In this document: piece after piece, positions 23,386-35,430 of the stretch | Layout: each line of letters starts with the position of its first letter | Position numbering within the stretch: position 1 is the first letter of the stretch | NCBI GenBank assembly: GCA_964016885.1 | Contig: CAXHJY010001128.1 | Span: 7,117 to 71,116, forward strand | Direction of reading: 5' to 3' | Length of the DNA: 64,000 nucleotides | From: Eledone cirrhosa | Lineage: Eukaryota | The notes under the pieces: model-generated | The model's database searches: none | Seen by the model: only the letters and a program-made list of their open reading frames with translations | What the model was told of the DNA's origin: nothing | Translations under genes and position numbers: made by a program

Positions 23386-23523
23386 CGTAATATCGAATCT
23401 ACGAGATTTTGATATTATTTATTTTGTGAACAATACCTTAACATCTGTACGAGTAGCTGGTTTGAAAAGAAACAGCTGAGAGAATTCTGACTGGATATGG
23501 CTGGTTTAAATGTTAAAGGGTCA
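23386..23523 (-). mobile_element. Partial copy of the TTAA-type MITE found at 29.15 and 29.5 kb
   Basis: Aligns to ~29584-29729; ends TTTAAATGTTAAAGGGTCAA. Confidence 0.7.
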
Positions 23524-23599
23524 ATCAACTACTGGCCTGAAATCTGTAGGTTTCTTTGAAATCAATATCAAAATGAATAAAAGAAAGTTTCATCTTTAC

Positions 23600-23633
<34 letters not shown>

Positions 23634-23767
23634 AACACATACACACACGTCTAGTTAAGAAATTTGCTTCTCATTTAGGTAGATTTGGGTCCATCGCGTC
23701 TTGGGCAAGTGTCTTCTATTATAGTCTTTTTCTGACCAACGCCTTGTGAGTGTATTTTAAACTGTTT

Positions 23768-23880
23768 ATCATCATCATTGTTTGTATGTCCTCTTTTCCA
23801 TGCTTGCATGGGTCGGACGGATCCTTCTCAGCACAGCATCTCTCCACTTGTCATGTTCCTCCGTGATCTCTTCCATCTTA
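23768..23880 (-). mobile_element. RTE 3' end fragment
   Basis: Reverse complement ..GATGCTGTGCTGAGAAGGATCCGTCCGACCCATGCAAGCATGGAAAAGAGGAC..GATGAT. Confidence 0.75.
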
Positions 23881-24169
23881 GTGATTTGCTTCCATCATAA
23901 TCTTTTGTAAGAACCTTTGTTACATTATACTTTAAACACTAGCTTAATAATGAAAAAGTAAATTATATTGCTGGATTACTTTAAACATTATTTGAAAATC
24001 ATGCAGTGTTTCATTAGAAATATTGTCACAAAAGGGTTAAAAACAAGTGAGGTAGCTGGCTGTAGAATTGTCTCCAAATATTATCTAATCTATGTTTTCA
24101 TGGAAAAATGTAACCTGATAAAAGCACCCAGTTCATACTGTAGGGCAGTAATGTTGGTTCCATGATACA

Positions 24170-24427
24170 GTCTGCACTGTAATGCAGTAGTGCTGGTGCC
24201 ATGAAAAAAATCTCCCAGTTCACCATGTAAAGTGGTAGTGCCAGAGACAACAAATTTTCCCAGTACATGCTGTAAAGTGATTTGCATTAGGAAGGGCACC
24301 CAGTTGTAGAAACCAAGTCAGAAACAGAGCATACAAACAAGATTTGGTCACCTGATCAGTCTAGCCTCAATATGTGAATACTCGTCTAATCCATGTAAAC
24401 ATAGACATTTGATGTTTGATGATGATG
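24170..24427 (+). mobile_element. Dispersed short repeat sharing the RTE family B 3'UTR (GTAAAGTGG..TTAGGAAGGGCATCCAG..GTAGAAACC..(GAT)n); other copies at ~28495-28726(+), 28770-28960(+), 34610-34800(-), 41255-41390(+), 44860-45040(-), 49303-49420(-)
   Basis: The motif matches 54425-54480 and recurs at the listed positions, usually with the CCCATGC..GCATGG end and a TGA tail. Confidence 0.7.
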
Positions 24428-24472
24428 CTAACTGTTGTTAGTAACTATTTCACATCTACTGTATACAGTATA

Positions 24473-24519
24473 GGCTAAGAATCCCATATCTAAAAAATGC
24501 TTCGGACTAGAAGTATTTT

Positions 24520-24559
<40 letters not shown>

Positions 24560-24650
24560 GGGATGTTTGTATTGAACATCTATAAAATAGGACAGCTTGG
24601 GGATAGAACCCAAGCCTGAACACAATGCCCCTTTACATTTCAGTGTGTCT
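24473..24650 (+). mobile_element. Possible Tc1/mariner (pogo/Tigger-like) left end
   Basis: TA|CAG..TCCCATATCT..AAATGCTTCGGACTAGAAGT..TTGGGGATAGAACCCAAG resembles Tigger-type terminal sequence from memory; no right end found. Confidence 0.4.
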
Positions 24651-24670
24651 GTGTAATATACATACATACA

Positions 24671-27580
24671 TAGTCGTAGGCAAGCGTCTTAGCTATAAGC
24701 TATTCTGGGTAGGTAAGGATGATGGGTTAGAGGGAGTAGGCATTTTCCTGGCTGAGAAATGGATCAATAAGACAATAGAGGTAGTTCGAGTTAGTAATCG
24801 AATAATTAAGCTTAGATTAGTTGTAGGTAGGAGACTACTGACAATCATCTCGGTCTATGCTCCCCAAGCAGGCCTAGGCAAAGATGAGAAAGACTGCTTT
24901 TATGAGCAACTTTTGCAAACAACCACAATGACAGAGGACGGAGACATCGTTATGCTAGCAGGAGACTCCAATGGTCATGTTGGACAGCTCCAGGATGGTT
25001 ACACTGGGGTACATGGTGGGCACGGTTACGGTTCAAGAAATGAAGAAGGAGCGAGACTTCTTGAATTTTGTGATGCAAGTACATTGACTATTTGCAACAC
25101 AAACTTCCAGAAACCTGCCAACCACCTAATAACATACAAATCTGGTGAGCACATAAGCCAGATTGACTTCCTGCTAGTTAGGCAGTGGGACAGGCAGATA
25201 GTGTCTAATACCAAGGCATACCCTGGGGAAGAATGTACCCCACAGCATAGGTTAGTTGTTAGTGATATCTCAGTAAGCAAGAGATGGAATGAGACATATA
25301 GGAAGGTGTGGAGAAGAAAGGTCTGGAAGCTAAAAGACCTTTCACTAAAATTCAAATTTAGGAAAGCCCTTCAAGATGTATATGACGAAAAAGAAGACGA
25401 TTTAGAGACGTATGACATAGATAATAACTGGAAGTTCTTACGTGACAACTTGCTGAAGGCTACTGATGAAACCTGTGGCTGGAGCAGAGCTCCAACCAGA
25501 CAGAGAGTGACCTGGTGGTGGAACAGCAGTGTAGATAAGGCTATTAGAGACAAAAGACTAGCATGGAAGGCTTGGAATAAGGGTGGGAGTAGGGAAGAAT
25601 ATACAGCCACTAAGAGAGAAGCTAGACGTCAGGTGTACTTAGCACGCAGGGAGGCAGAGAGTAGGAGGTTTGCCAATGTTCTGCGACGGGAAGATCAGAG
25701 GCGTGCGGTGTTCCACATTGCAAGGCAGTGTGTCAATGCAAATCAGGATGTTGTTGGTGATAAATGTGTCCGGGATGATGCCGGTGTACTTAGTGTCACG
25801 AATGACCAGAAAAAGGAGGCCTGGAAATGTCATTATGAGAGACTGATGAATGTGGAGAACGAATGGGAGAGAGAGAAATTACCCTTGGTAGATCCGACAG
25901 AGGGACCAGCTATTGAGATTGACGAATATAGGGTCCAAGAGGCGATTAGGGAAATGAAAAATGGTAAGGCTGCCGGACCATCGGGAATAGTTGCTGAGAT
26001 GCTGAAGGCATCAGGGGACGTAGGCACTAAACTGGTTGCACGCATAATCAATCAGGCTATATATGGTGGTGTCATACCCAAAGACTGGTGCAGCAGTATT
26101 CTCATAAATTGCTACAAAGGTAAAGGGGATGCTTTGGAGAGGAGCAATTATAGGGGTATAAAACTGATAGATCAGGTTATGAAAGTGGCAGAAAGGATTT
26201 TAGCACAGCTAATTAGAGAAAGGGTCAAACTAGATGAGATGCAGTTTGGTTTTGTGCCTGGGAAGAGTACAACAGATGCCCTCTTCTTGGTGAGACAAAT
26301 GCAAGAGAGGTTCTTAGAGAAGAATAAGCCACTATACTTAGCCTTTGTTGACCTAGAGAAGGCCTTTGATAGGGTACCCCGATCTGTCATCTGGTGGTCC
26401 CTAAGGAAGCTGGGTGTTGAGGAATGGCTTGTAAGGACAGTGCAAACTTTGTACAGAGGTACTCTCAGTAAAGTCAGGGTAGGAATGGAGTTTAGTGAGG
26501 AATTCCAGATACAAGTAGGAGTACATCAGGGTTCGGTCCTCAGCCCGCTCTTGTTCATTATAGTCCTCCAAGCCATAACAGAGGAGTTTAAGACTGGCTG
26601 TCCATGGGAACTTCTCTATGCTGACGATCTGGCTCTTATGGCAGAATCAGTAGAGGAGCTAGAGAATAAATTCCGGCTATGGAAACAGCAGTTGGAAGCA
26701 AGAGGACTGAGAGTAAATCTAGCTAAGACAAAAGTGTTGATGAGTAGAAAAGAGGACAAAACCCTGATTCCGTCAGGGAAATGGCCATGTTCGATATGCA
26801 GAAAAGGAACTGGCATAAATTCTATAAAATGGTCCTGGGTACACAAGAGATGTAGCGGGATAGCAGGCAAACTAACAGGTAGGGAGAAATATGTATGCAG
26901 TAGATGTACAGGGAAATTAGACAGTAGAAGTCGCACTGATAGACACATTTTTCAAATGCGAGAGGGCGCTATAGAAGTGGTGGATAGCTTCCGGTACCTA
27001 GGAGATCAGATTAGCATGGGAGGAGGGTGTTCCGGGCATAGTATCTAGAATAAGGACGGGTTGGAAGAAGTTTAGGGAGCTGCTTCCTCTGTTGACGAAG
27101 AAGGGTTTCTCCCTGCGTACGAAAGGCCGGTTGTATGATGCCTGTGTGAGGAGCGCGATGCTGCATGGTAGTGAGACATGGGCAGCTACCGCAGAAGATA
27201 TGCGACGGCTGGAGAGAAATGAGGCAAGCATGCTCCGTTGGATGTGCAGTGTAAATGTGCGTGAACGACCCAGCATAAATGTGTTGAGAGAGAAACTGTG
27301 TCTGAGAGGGATAGAATGTAGTGTACGGGAGAGGAGACTGAGGTGGTATGGACATGTGATGCGCATGGAGGATGACCGATGGGTGAAGAAGTGCCAGGAA
27401 ATGCCAGTTGAAGGAAGACGTGGTAGAGGTAGACCACGAAAAACATGGGCGGAGGTGGTGAGAACAGACCTCAGATCATTGAAGCTCACGGTGGAGATGA
27501 CGAGGGACCGTGACGAGTGGAGAGATGCTGTGCTGAATAAGACCCGTCCCACCCTTGCAAGCAGGGAAAAGCGGACGTAA
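24671..27580 (+). pseudogene. APE endonuclease-reverse transcriptase ORF of the RTE LINE (frameshifted)
   Basis: Two abutting ORFs (807 aa + 162 aa) give a colinear RTE ORF; the first ~15 codons of the called ORF are flanking DNA. Confidence 0.9.
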
Positions 27581-27604
27581 AATGATGATGATGATGATGA
27601 TGAT
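24671..27604 (+). mobile_element. RTE-clade LINE (family A), 5'-truncated within the APE endonuclease; RT intact up to a single frameshift near 27040; (GAT)n tail
   Basis: ORF 24625-27048: YKLFW.G..GVG, SVYAPQ, AGDSNGHVG, QIDF, QHRLV (APE); KGKGD..NYRGIKL, QFGF, FVDLEKAFD, GVHQGSVLSPLLF, LLYADDLAL, FRYLG (RT). C-terminus continues in 27092-27580; tail at 27583-27604. Confidence 0.96.
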
Positions 27605-27790
27605 ATATAATAATAATACTATTTATAGTTATGTATATAGATAGTATAAACAACTATAAACAGGAAGGTCAGTAATTTCTTATTACCTTATTACCAGTAG
27701 GAGAAATAGCTCAATGTATGAACATCAGTTGTTATACAGAGCAGGAAAATAAATCAATTATACAATTATCAAAGTTGTGTTCAAATCATT

Positions 27791-27846
27791 TAATAGCTGA
27801 CAATCGTTTCTTCCAAACTCTCGTTTGGAGTCATCGGAGCATTATC
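27791..27846 (-). ncRNA. Type I hammerhead ribozyme motif (degenerate), likely from a Penelope-like pseudo-LTR
   Basis: Minus strand: UAAU-GCU CCGAUGA CUCCAAAC-GAGA-GUUUGGAA GAAAC-GAUU-GUC AGC-U-AUUA. Stems I-III and the GUC site are present; U4>C in the core and a mismatch at the first stem II pair. Confidence 0.65.
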
Positions 27847-29147
27847 AATGTTTGCACATATAATTAACCTCCTATTCAACTGAACAATAATATAGATACA
27901 TATAAATTGATGTGAGCAACAGTTTTGTATTTACAGGGTGGAATGGATGTATGTGACATATATTTTATGATAATTGTACAAACATTCAAGTTCAAATTAA
28001 AACATTCAATTAAACATTCAAGTTCAAATTCAAGTTATTCACTTCTGGAAATTAACGATTGGAAAATTTAACGGTTGATCAAATATAGTATATGAATATG
28101 AATACATTAAGACTAATTTGCAATCCATTGCTCTAACTAACTTAAAACATTCAATATAAACATTAACTAACATTTTATTCAACATATGTCATGGAAAAGT
28201 CTGCAAAAACTGTTTCTCAACACATACAAATTCGAACACTATCCGCATACAGCATCCACCATAGATTCTAATACATTAACATATTTGCTTAAAGTGCATT
28301 ATTTATTCATCTATATAGAAGTTGGGAGGGTCACGAATGGAACACATTTGATCATAGGTCTGAGTGAATGAGTGTTTAACCCATTTAGAAATCTTTAACC
28401 AGCAACACATTTATTTACAAAACACTTGATGTTAAATTTCATAACAATGTAGGATAGAGTGGGCACTTTAATCTTGTCAAGGACTTTACAACCTCTCTAG
28501 TGCTGGTGTCATGATAAAATGCATGCAGCAAACTCTGTAAAACGGTTGGTTTTAGGAAGGACATCTAACTTTAAAAGCATGCCAAAATCTGAAATGTACA
28601 ATTCCCTAACTCATCTAGTCCCCTAACTCATCTAGGAGGTTAGTGACTTTGAATATGAACTGTCTTGGGCTGTAATAACCTGTCTGACCCATGCTAGCAT
28701 AGAAAATGGATGCAAAAATGATGATTAAAACCTTTTTTTATTCTATGTTTACCTGTTGAGTATGACAACTTCTAGTGCTGATATGTTAAAATGCATCCGG
28801 TACACATTGTAAAGTATTAGTGTTGGTGCTATTATAAAACAACCTCAGGCCACTCAGTAATTGCCATTAGAAAGGGCATCCAGCTGTAGAAACCATGCTA
28901 AATATGAACTGTAACAATCCATCCAACCCATGCCAGTATAGAAGAGACACAAACTGATAATGTAACACACATAAGCTGTAATACAGATTTTGGAACAGGA
29001 TATTTTGTTTGCCATAGATTGAATATTCATCATTAAATACATTTTTGTAATTGATTGATTGGTGAGAATTATTTATGACAACAGCTGGAGAATTCTTGTA
29101 AGATTACTTTATAATTTCTGTCATCAAGTACTATGGTGACAAAAGGT

Positions 29148-29358
29148 TCAACCCTTTAGCATTTAAACCAGCTGTATCCGGCCAGAATTCTCTTGCCCCT
29201 TTCTGTTCAAAACAGCTGTAACCAGCCACTCATACTGATATTAAGGTATTGTTCTCAAAATAAATATCAAAATCTCAGATTTGATATTATGTGAGGTAAA
29301 GCCTTTACTGTGAAAATATAATAGTAAATATAGAGTAATGTAAATGCTAAAGGGTTAA
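29148..29358 (+). mobile_element. piggyBac-like MITE with TIR CCCTTTAGCATTTA and (T)TAA flanks
   Basis: TCAA|CCCTTTAGCATTTA...TAAATGCTAAAGGG|TTAA. Confidence 0.8.
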
Positions 29359-29519
29359 AGGAGGGGGTGTTAGGCTCACCATTGTAAGATTGTGAGTGGG
29401 CAAAGTCACATATCTCGCATTGCTCCAGTCCATTCAACTGGAAAAAAAAAAGGAATTGTATATGTATTTCAAAGGACCAGCCATATATCACACTGCCATG
29501 CTGAATCTTCCATAGAACT

Positions 29520-29730
29520 ACATTACTCTATATATACTACTGTATTTTTATAGTAAAGGCTTTACCTTACATAACTATCCCACATAATATCGAATCTATG
29601 AGATTTTGATATTATCTATTTTGAGAACAATACCTTAACATCAGTATCAGTAGTTGGTTACGGCCGTTTTGAACAGAAAGGGTTGAGAGAACTCTGGTCG
29701 GATACAGCCAGTTTAAATGCTAAAGGGTTA
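29520..29730 (-). mobile_element. Second, inverted copy of the same MITE
   Basis: Reverse complement aligns to 29151-29340; ends TTTAAATGCTAAAGGGTTA. Confidence 0.78.
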
Positions 29731-30713
29731 GAGGTACACGTGTCTGTGAAATATTCGGTCACTTGCATTTCATGAGCAAATTCTGTTGTTCAAACCGATG
29801 GAGGTCCAACACATTACTATTGATATAAGCCAGCTAAACCTTTATGGGTGTGAGCTGTAAAGTTTACATTTTATTATATATATTTTCACTGTTTCAATGT
29901 TGTTTTTATCTATTCTAATATTTAACTTGTTCAGTCTAAATCCTCTTTCTAACTTCTATTTTTATTAGTTTTCTTCTTTTTAAAAAATTCCTAACCACTT
30001 AAATGCTGTTGTTACTGTTTCTTTCTGGATTAAATCTGTTTATAAGTCTTAAGCAGGTAATTAGCTTATAGAGTACTGACACTCTCATTTCTTGTCTTTC
30101 GTTGTAATCAGAATAGTAGTAGTAGTAGTAGTAGTAGTAATAATAATAATAATTAATAATGATTTCTTTATTTTTATTTATTTTTTTTTTTTTTATTTAT
30201 AATAATAATAGAAATATTAATCCATTTCAATCTCCTCTCTCAGAACTACACCACCCACATTCCAACCATATTATTTCTCTCCTACTAAATATGTAGATTA
30301 TAGTGATCACTTCACAGTATATTTTTTATTTACTCAGTTGGTTGGCATTCTTTCAGCTTACTGGCTGGCAACTTTGGCAGTTTATTAACATTTTTTTGTG
30401 TGTGTATATATGAATGTGTGTGGGTGGGAGGGGGTGTTGAATTATGTCTGTGGGTGTACACATAGACATATATCTTTTTTCTTATTTTTATTTAGCTAGC
30501 CTCCAAGACTGGTTGGAGGGAGGAAGTTTATCTCCCAGCCAGAGACCTAACCCAAATGCCTGCAACACAGCGGATACCCCCAATGCCACCCGAGGAAGAT
30601 GATGGTTAAATTAAACTACAAATTAAGTCTACCACCCATGTAGGCCAAGGCAGGGTTTGAACTCAGACTGCAAGGAGCTGGAACAATTACTGCAGGGCAT
30701 TGTGTCTAAAACT

Positions 30714-30901
30714 TAGGGCGGTGAATTGGCAGTATCAGTAGAGGGTTGGACGCCATGCTTTCTAGCATAGTTACGTCCCTTTACAGTCAAATCTTTAGAG
30801 TTCAAATCCGGCCGAGGTTAACTTTGCCTTTCATCCTTACGGGGTTGATAAAATAAAGTACTGGATAATTGCTGGCCTTGTGCCTAAAGTAGAAACAATT
30901 A
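30714..30901 (+). mobile_element. tRNA-derived SINE nested in an opposite-strand SINE, with 11-bp TSD TGTCTAAAACT
   Basis: A-box-like GGCGGTGAATTGGCAG, B-box GAGTTCAAATCC, central GCCTTTCATCCTT.CGGGGTTGATAAAA. TSD at 30703-30713 and 30902-30912. The host SINE head lies on the minus strand at ~30640-30702 and ~30913-30937. Confidence 0.85.
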
Positions 30902-31360
30902 TGTCTAAAACTCACAATTTTACCAATCCATTGCCCTGGACTGGTAGTTTATTTGGAATTTGAATACAGACCATGAAGAGTTGTAACAAAACAAAAAAAA
31001 AAAAAACGACAAAGCATTTATCTGTTGCTCCAATGATTCCACCAATCTTTATGAACTGATGTAGCAAAATATGAAATAATGAACATATTTATCAAGATTT
31101 TGATTCTGTTAAACCAGTGATTCTCAAATGAGAGGCACTTAGCTCTCAAGGGAGGAATTTTAGCCAAGGGAGTAGGAAAGAATAGCATATGTTGTGTGTA
31201 TATATAGCAAATGAAATATTAATATGGCCCAACTATTAGGGCGATCACAAATTTACATTTCACAAAACACTGCTGCTTCAGACTTTTGGAGACTATACAA
31301 TTATGTGGCGGCGGTTGATGTTTTGAATTTGAAGAACATTTTATTAATATCAACTTCTTC

Positions 31361-31606
31361 ATTAACCCTTTTGTTATCATATTTCTCGTGAAATACTTTG
31401 TCTATGATTTTTGAATAATTTTTGAAAATTAGGAAGAATTTAGAGGGATTTAATAATTAACTAATTTTCTCGTTTTTAACTTGGTAATTTAACAAAGGTC
31501 TTTACATAAATTATGATAGGTTTTTAGATATATATTAACATTTTGAAATAGTTTTGTTTCTTCGAACCTGCAGTGGTGTCGAGTAGTTTAATATCAAATG
31601 GGTTAA
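31361..31606 (+). mobile_element. Second TTAA-type MITE family (TTAACCCTTT..GGGTTAA); further copies/fragments at ~33655-33906, 45926-46173, 44685-44820(-), 45183-45343(-), 23890-24040(-), 47246-47400
   Basis: Shared internal motifs (ATCATATTTC..GAAATA, AAGCTGGTGTT..AACAT) and CCC/GGG termini within TTAA. Confidence 0.7.
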
Positions 31607-32055
31607 ATAATTGAAATACAGTGTGTTTTATTAGAAATATGGTCATGGAAAGGTTAAAGAATTGAAGTTCTTGAAGAACTTAATTGACCTATTTTACCTA
31701 AGATGAACAGCTCTTAACAAGTTGTTCAGTGTAATGTACTGAAAAAATTCTTAACAAAGTCCTTCATCTCTGTATATCTTGAACCATTAATTGCTAATCA
31801 GTGTGTGTTGAAGCATCATTTCAATATTTTAATGTTAAGGATATCAATTACAATATAACAATACAATATGAAAAGATGTGACCTTATTGTTTTAATGGAC
31901 TGTGCATAAACCACTTCATTAGTAATCACCGGACTACTTTACACCATTCACTACCCATATCAATTTGTTTCTCTTCTAAACAATTCCTGCTAATTTTCAA
32001 CTAAAGTTCATTTTAATCTATAGTTTATAGATTTTTTTTTACCTTTCACTCCTCA

Positions 32056-32281
32056 TAATAATAATAATTGTTTCTACTTTAGGCACAAGGCCAGCAATTT
32101 GAAGGGGAAGGGAAAGTTGATTAAATTGACTGCAGTACTTACTGGTGCTATATTTTATCAACCCCTTTAAGGATGAAAGGCTAACCTCAGCAGGATTTGA
32201 ACTCAGAACGCAATGGGCCATAACTCTGTTGCTAAGCATGCTGTCTGGCGCTCTACGAACTCTGCCAATCCACCGTCCTTA
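32056..32281 (-). mobile_element. Full-length tRNA-derived SINE with (ATT)n tail; related copies at ~36731-36920(+), 38590-38780(+), 41490-41640(-), 43275-43420(-), 44161-44410(-), 45040-45183(+)
   Basis: Reverse complement: GGACGGTGGATTGGCAGAG..CTGAGTTCAAATCC..GCCTTTCATCCTT..TTGATAAAA..GCTGGCCTTGTGCCTAAAGTAGAAACAATTATTATT. Confidence 0.88.
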
Positions 32282-32645
32282 TTAATGATAATAATAATAA
32301 TAATTTCTTTTATTGACCACAAGACCCCAGGACATTGGGGACAATACAAGGACAAAGGCAACATAACATAAAGTAAGGTTTACATCAAGTAAACGAAGGG
32401 ACATCACTGAAGTGAAATCAGTAGGAATAACAATAAAAGAAATTAATAATAAATATACAAAAGATAAAATAAAAACAATAACGAGGATCAATAAGGGCAA
32501 ATCCCCAATAGTAGGTTAATCCCAGGGAAAAACTCGACACAAAGCCCTAGATTACTGCTTTCTCCCGATTTCCTTTCTCCTAGTTAGATCAAGCTTGTTC
32601 ACATATGTCAATCTCGTTGCTCCCATCCATCTTTCATAAAACACA
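32282..32645 (-). mobile_element. Probable LINE (L1/Tx1-like) 3' end
   Basis: Minus strand ends ..TGTGGTCAATAAAAGAAATTATTATTATT (AATAAA + microsatellite tail) after a pyrimidine-rich UTR; clade assignment is inference. Confidence 0.45.
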
Positions 32646-32653
32646 CAATAATA

Positions 32654-33565
32654 TCTATATATATAAAACTGAGGATGTCTGTGTGTGTGTGTGTGTGTTT
32701 GAATCCCTAACCCTCGAGAAGCACCCAACCGACTGTTTTCAAACTTTACACATGTAATACTTATGTTTCAGGGAGTGTTCTGAGCAAAAAAAAAATTTCA
32801 AATTTTCAATGCCCTAGGGACCACATTTGGCGATTTAGCAATCTCTCTCTATAATTCTTAGTCTTTCTCTTTTTAGATACATACATACATATAACGTCGC
32901 GCCCTTATAATATCTGTCTGTATGTCTGGCTGTCTGCATTATGTCACTTCCCTGAGGATGTCTGCCTGTGTGTGTGTCTGTGAGTTTGAATCCCTAAAAC
33001 TAGAGAAGTACCCAACCGATTCTTTTCAAACTTTACACGTGTATTACTTATGTTTCAGGGAGTGTTGTGCACATAAAAAATTCAACTTTTTGATCTCCTA
33101 GGGTCCGCATTAGGTGAAAAACTGCGTTTTTAAAGCCTTTTAGGGGTCTTTTGAGGCGTTACGTCGGACCAATTTCCTTGAAATTGTAATTATGTATTAG
33201 TCAGTCTCTTCTTCATACCGTGAACAAAGAAAATCCAACTTTTTAATGACCCGGGGCTCGCATTAGGTGAAAAACTTCATTTTTTCAGCTTTTTGGAAGC
33301 GTTACTTCTAGCCGATTTTCCCGAAATTTCAAGGCATATTATGCACATAAAAAAATTTATTTTATGATCCCCTAGGTGAAAACCTGCATTTTTCCTGCTT
33401 CATCGAGGAAAATCTTAAAGATTATCCAGCCATCAGAGTATTCGGTTTATTTTATTTACATATTGTCCCAAGCATGCAGTTTTTCCACGATTAGGTCTGT
33501 TGGTGGCCCGCATCCCCCCCCCCCCCAAATACCTTATCCCATGCAACGCCGGGTACCACAGCTAG
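32654..33565 (+). mobile_element. Non-autonomous Helitron
   Basis: A|TCTATATATATAAAACTG start; subterminal hairpin CCCATGCAACGCCGGG; CTAG|T end; no TSD. Internal duplication 32669-32835 vs 32952-33115. Confidence 0.85.
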
Positions 33566-34879
33566 TAAATAATAATTTGCACCTGCTTGACAGCGTTCTA
33601 ATGAAGGAGCTTCTATACAGCTGCTTGACCTATTAGAAATGGCAACCAAATTTCCATACCCTTTCACTGCCATATTTTTTATGAAATACACTGTCTATGG
33701 TTTTTGAATCATTTGAAAAAAGAAACAAGAATATGAATTTATTTAGTTATATAACTTTCTTATTAAGCTGGTGTTTGGAACATAACTTAAAGGTTCTTGT
33801 ATAAAATTATGATTTGAAGGTTTTAGATAAATATAAACTCTTAAAAATTAAGTTTTATATTGTAGAACCAGAGCAGTTTCAGCGGTGTTGGTATTGATAG
33901 GGTTAAAAATGATAAAATAATATTGTTTCCGCTTGATACCACCTTCTAATGAAGGAGCCTCAATGTAATTGCTTGAGCTGCAATTTCTAGCAGTATTACT
34001 GATTAAAAGTAAAGTCATCATCTGGTTTCTAGTTTTTTTTTTCTCACTGTTTAATCTAGAGTGGAAGGAGGGTGAGAATGAAATTTACAGCTTGCACCCA
34101 TGCAGAGTAAGCTGGTCTCTATGAGGTTGCCTCTCATATGAGGTTTCTTAGGTGGTGTATCACAAAAAGCAACATAAATTGAAGCATCTTGTTAAAAAAT
34201 GCAATGTGCTGTTTGGTTCAGGAATCAAACCCATGATCTTATGATCATGGGTCTAACAGCCTAACTTTTAAGTGGATGAAATAAGAGATGCCTTGTAGTT
34301 GTTCTTGCTCTTTAAATTTGGCTCTGATCCTGTTTAGTAATTAAACATGTTGATGAGATGCAGATGTTATAGAATGGGATTTTCCCTTAATGAAGATAGT
34401 GTTGATTTTTTTTTTTTTTTTTTGTATCTGAAAGTCTGTTAGTCATTGTATATGTCCTGTATGTTGGTGTTTTATATCTGAAAGCCTCTATTAGTCATTG
34501 AGTATGTCAGGAAACTCCATTATGTTGTATGAGAGGAAGAGTGGCTAAGTTTAATTTTCCTTCCTATAAATGCACATGTGACTATGTATTAGTGTAACTG
34601 TGTATAGGCATCATCATATTACATCTGCTTTCCATGCAGGCATGGATTGGATGGTTGCAGTTCGAGACCAGATGGGATGCAGCAATCTGTGTTGCTCATA
34701 TGTTCCATATTTGGCATTGTTTCTATAACTGGACACCCTTCCTTACACCAACCACTTTACAGTGTGTGCTGAGTTCATTTTATCATGGCAACAATGCTAA
34801 AGAGGTTGTCATCCAGAGAGTAAGGTCCTCTTAAACCCCATATTGTCTGTTTGATTGCCAACACTGTAGCCTCTGGTGA

Positions 34880-35430
34880 CTCTACATTTAATTTTTCTGT
34901 CACAGTACTTGTACAGGTTATATTATGGCATATCACCAGTCAGCTTTGTCCAGTGTCATCTCCTTCATGAGGTTCAGTTTCTCAGGGTAAATCTCCATAA
35001 CTTTGTCTCATGTCTTCCTAGGTTTCCCTCTTGCGCAGGTTCCATCCATTTCAAGTGCCCAGCACTTTTTTTTTTATACAACTCTCGCTCTCCTTATGCA
35101 TCACATGATCATACCAATGCAATCACCTCTCTTGCATTCTACATTCAATTCCTCTTAAGCTCTGCTTTTCTTTCGACTTGTGCTTTATTGTTCATATACA
35201 CCAACATTACATATCCAGAGTAGCGTGCATGCTTCATTTCTTTTTAGCCTTTACAGAGCTTCTGCAGCATAGCAGTTTGAACACAAGCATCATGTATTCT
35301 ACCTTTCACTCTGAGAGAGAAGCATTTTGTGGCTAGCAGAGATAACTGCTCCCTGAAATTCTTATAACCTATTCTCACTCGGGCTATAACACTTTCAGTA
35401 CATCCACCTCCACCTAGATAGCAAAAGCTT
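34880..35430 (-). mobile_element. Old degenerate RTE LINE 3' fragment
   Basis: Colinear decayed similarity to 2763-3730 (GCTTTTGCTATCTAGGTGGAGGTGGATG..AAAGTG; ACCTAGGAAGACATG). Confidence 0.7.

Noticed and set aside
25463-25475. CTGATGA hammerhead-core matches at 25463, 25844 and 46250
   Set aside because: No compatible stems I-III or properly placed GAAA/UH; two lie in RT coding sequence.
25026-27552. Antisense ORFs over RTE A (and likewise over RTE B and the Penelope RT)
   Set aside because: Shadow ORFs of the sense-strand coding sequence.
30714-30815. tRNA gene from A/B boxes
   Set aside because: No cloverleaf; it continues into a SINE body and tail with a TSD.
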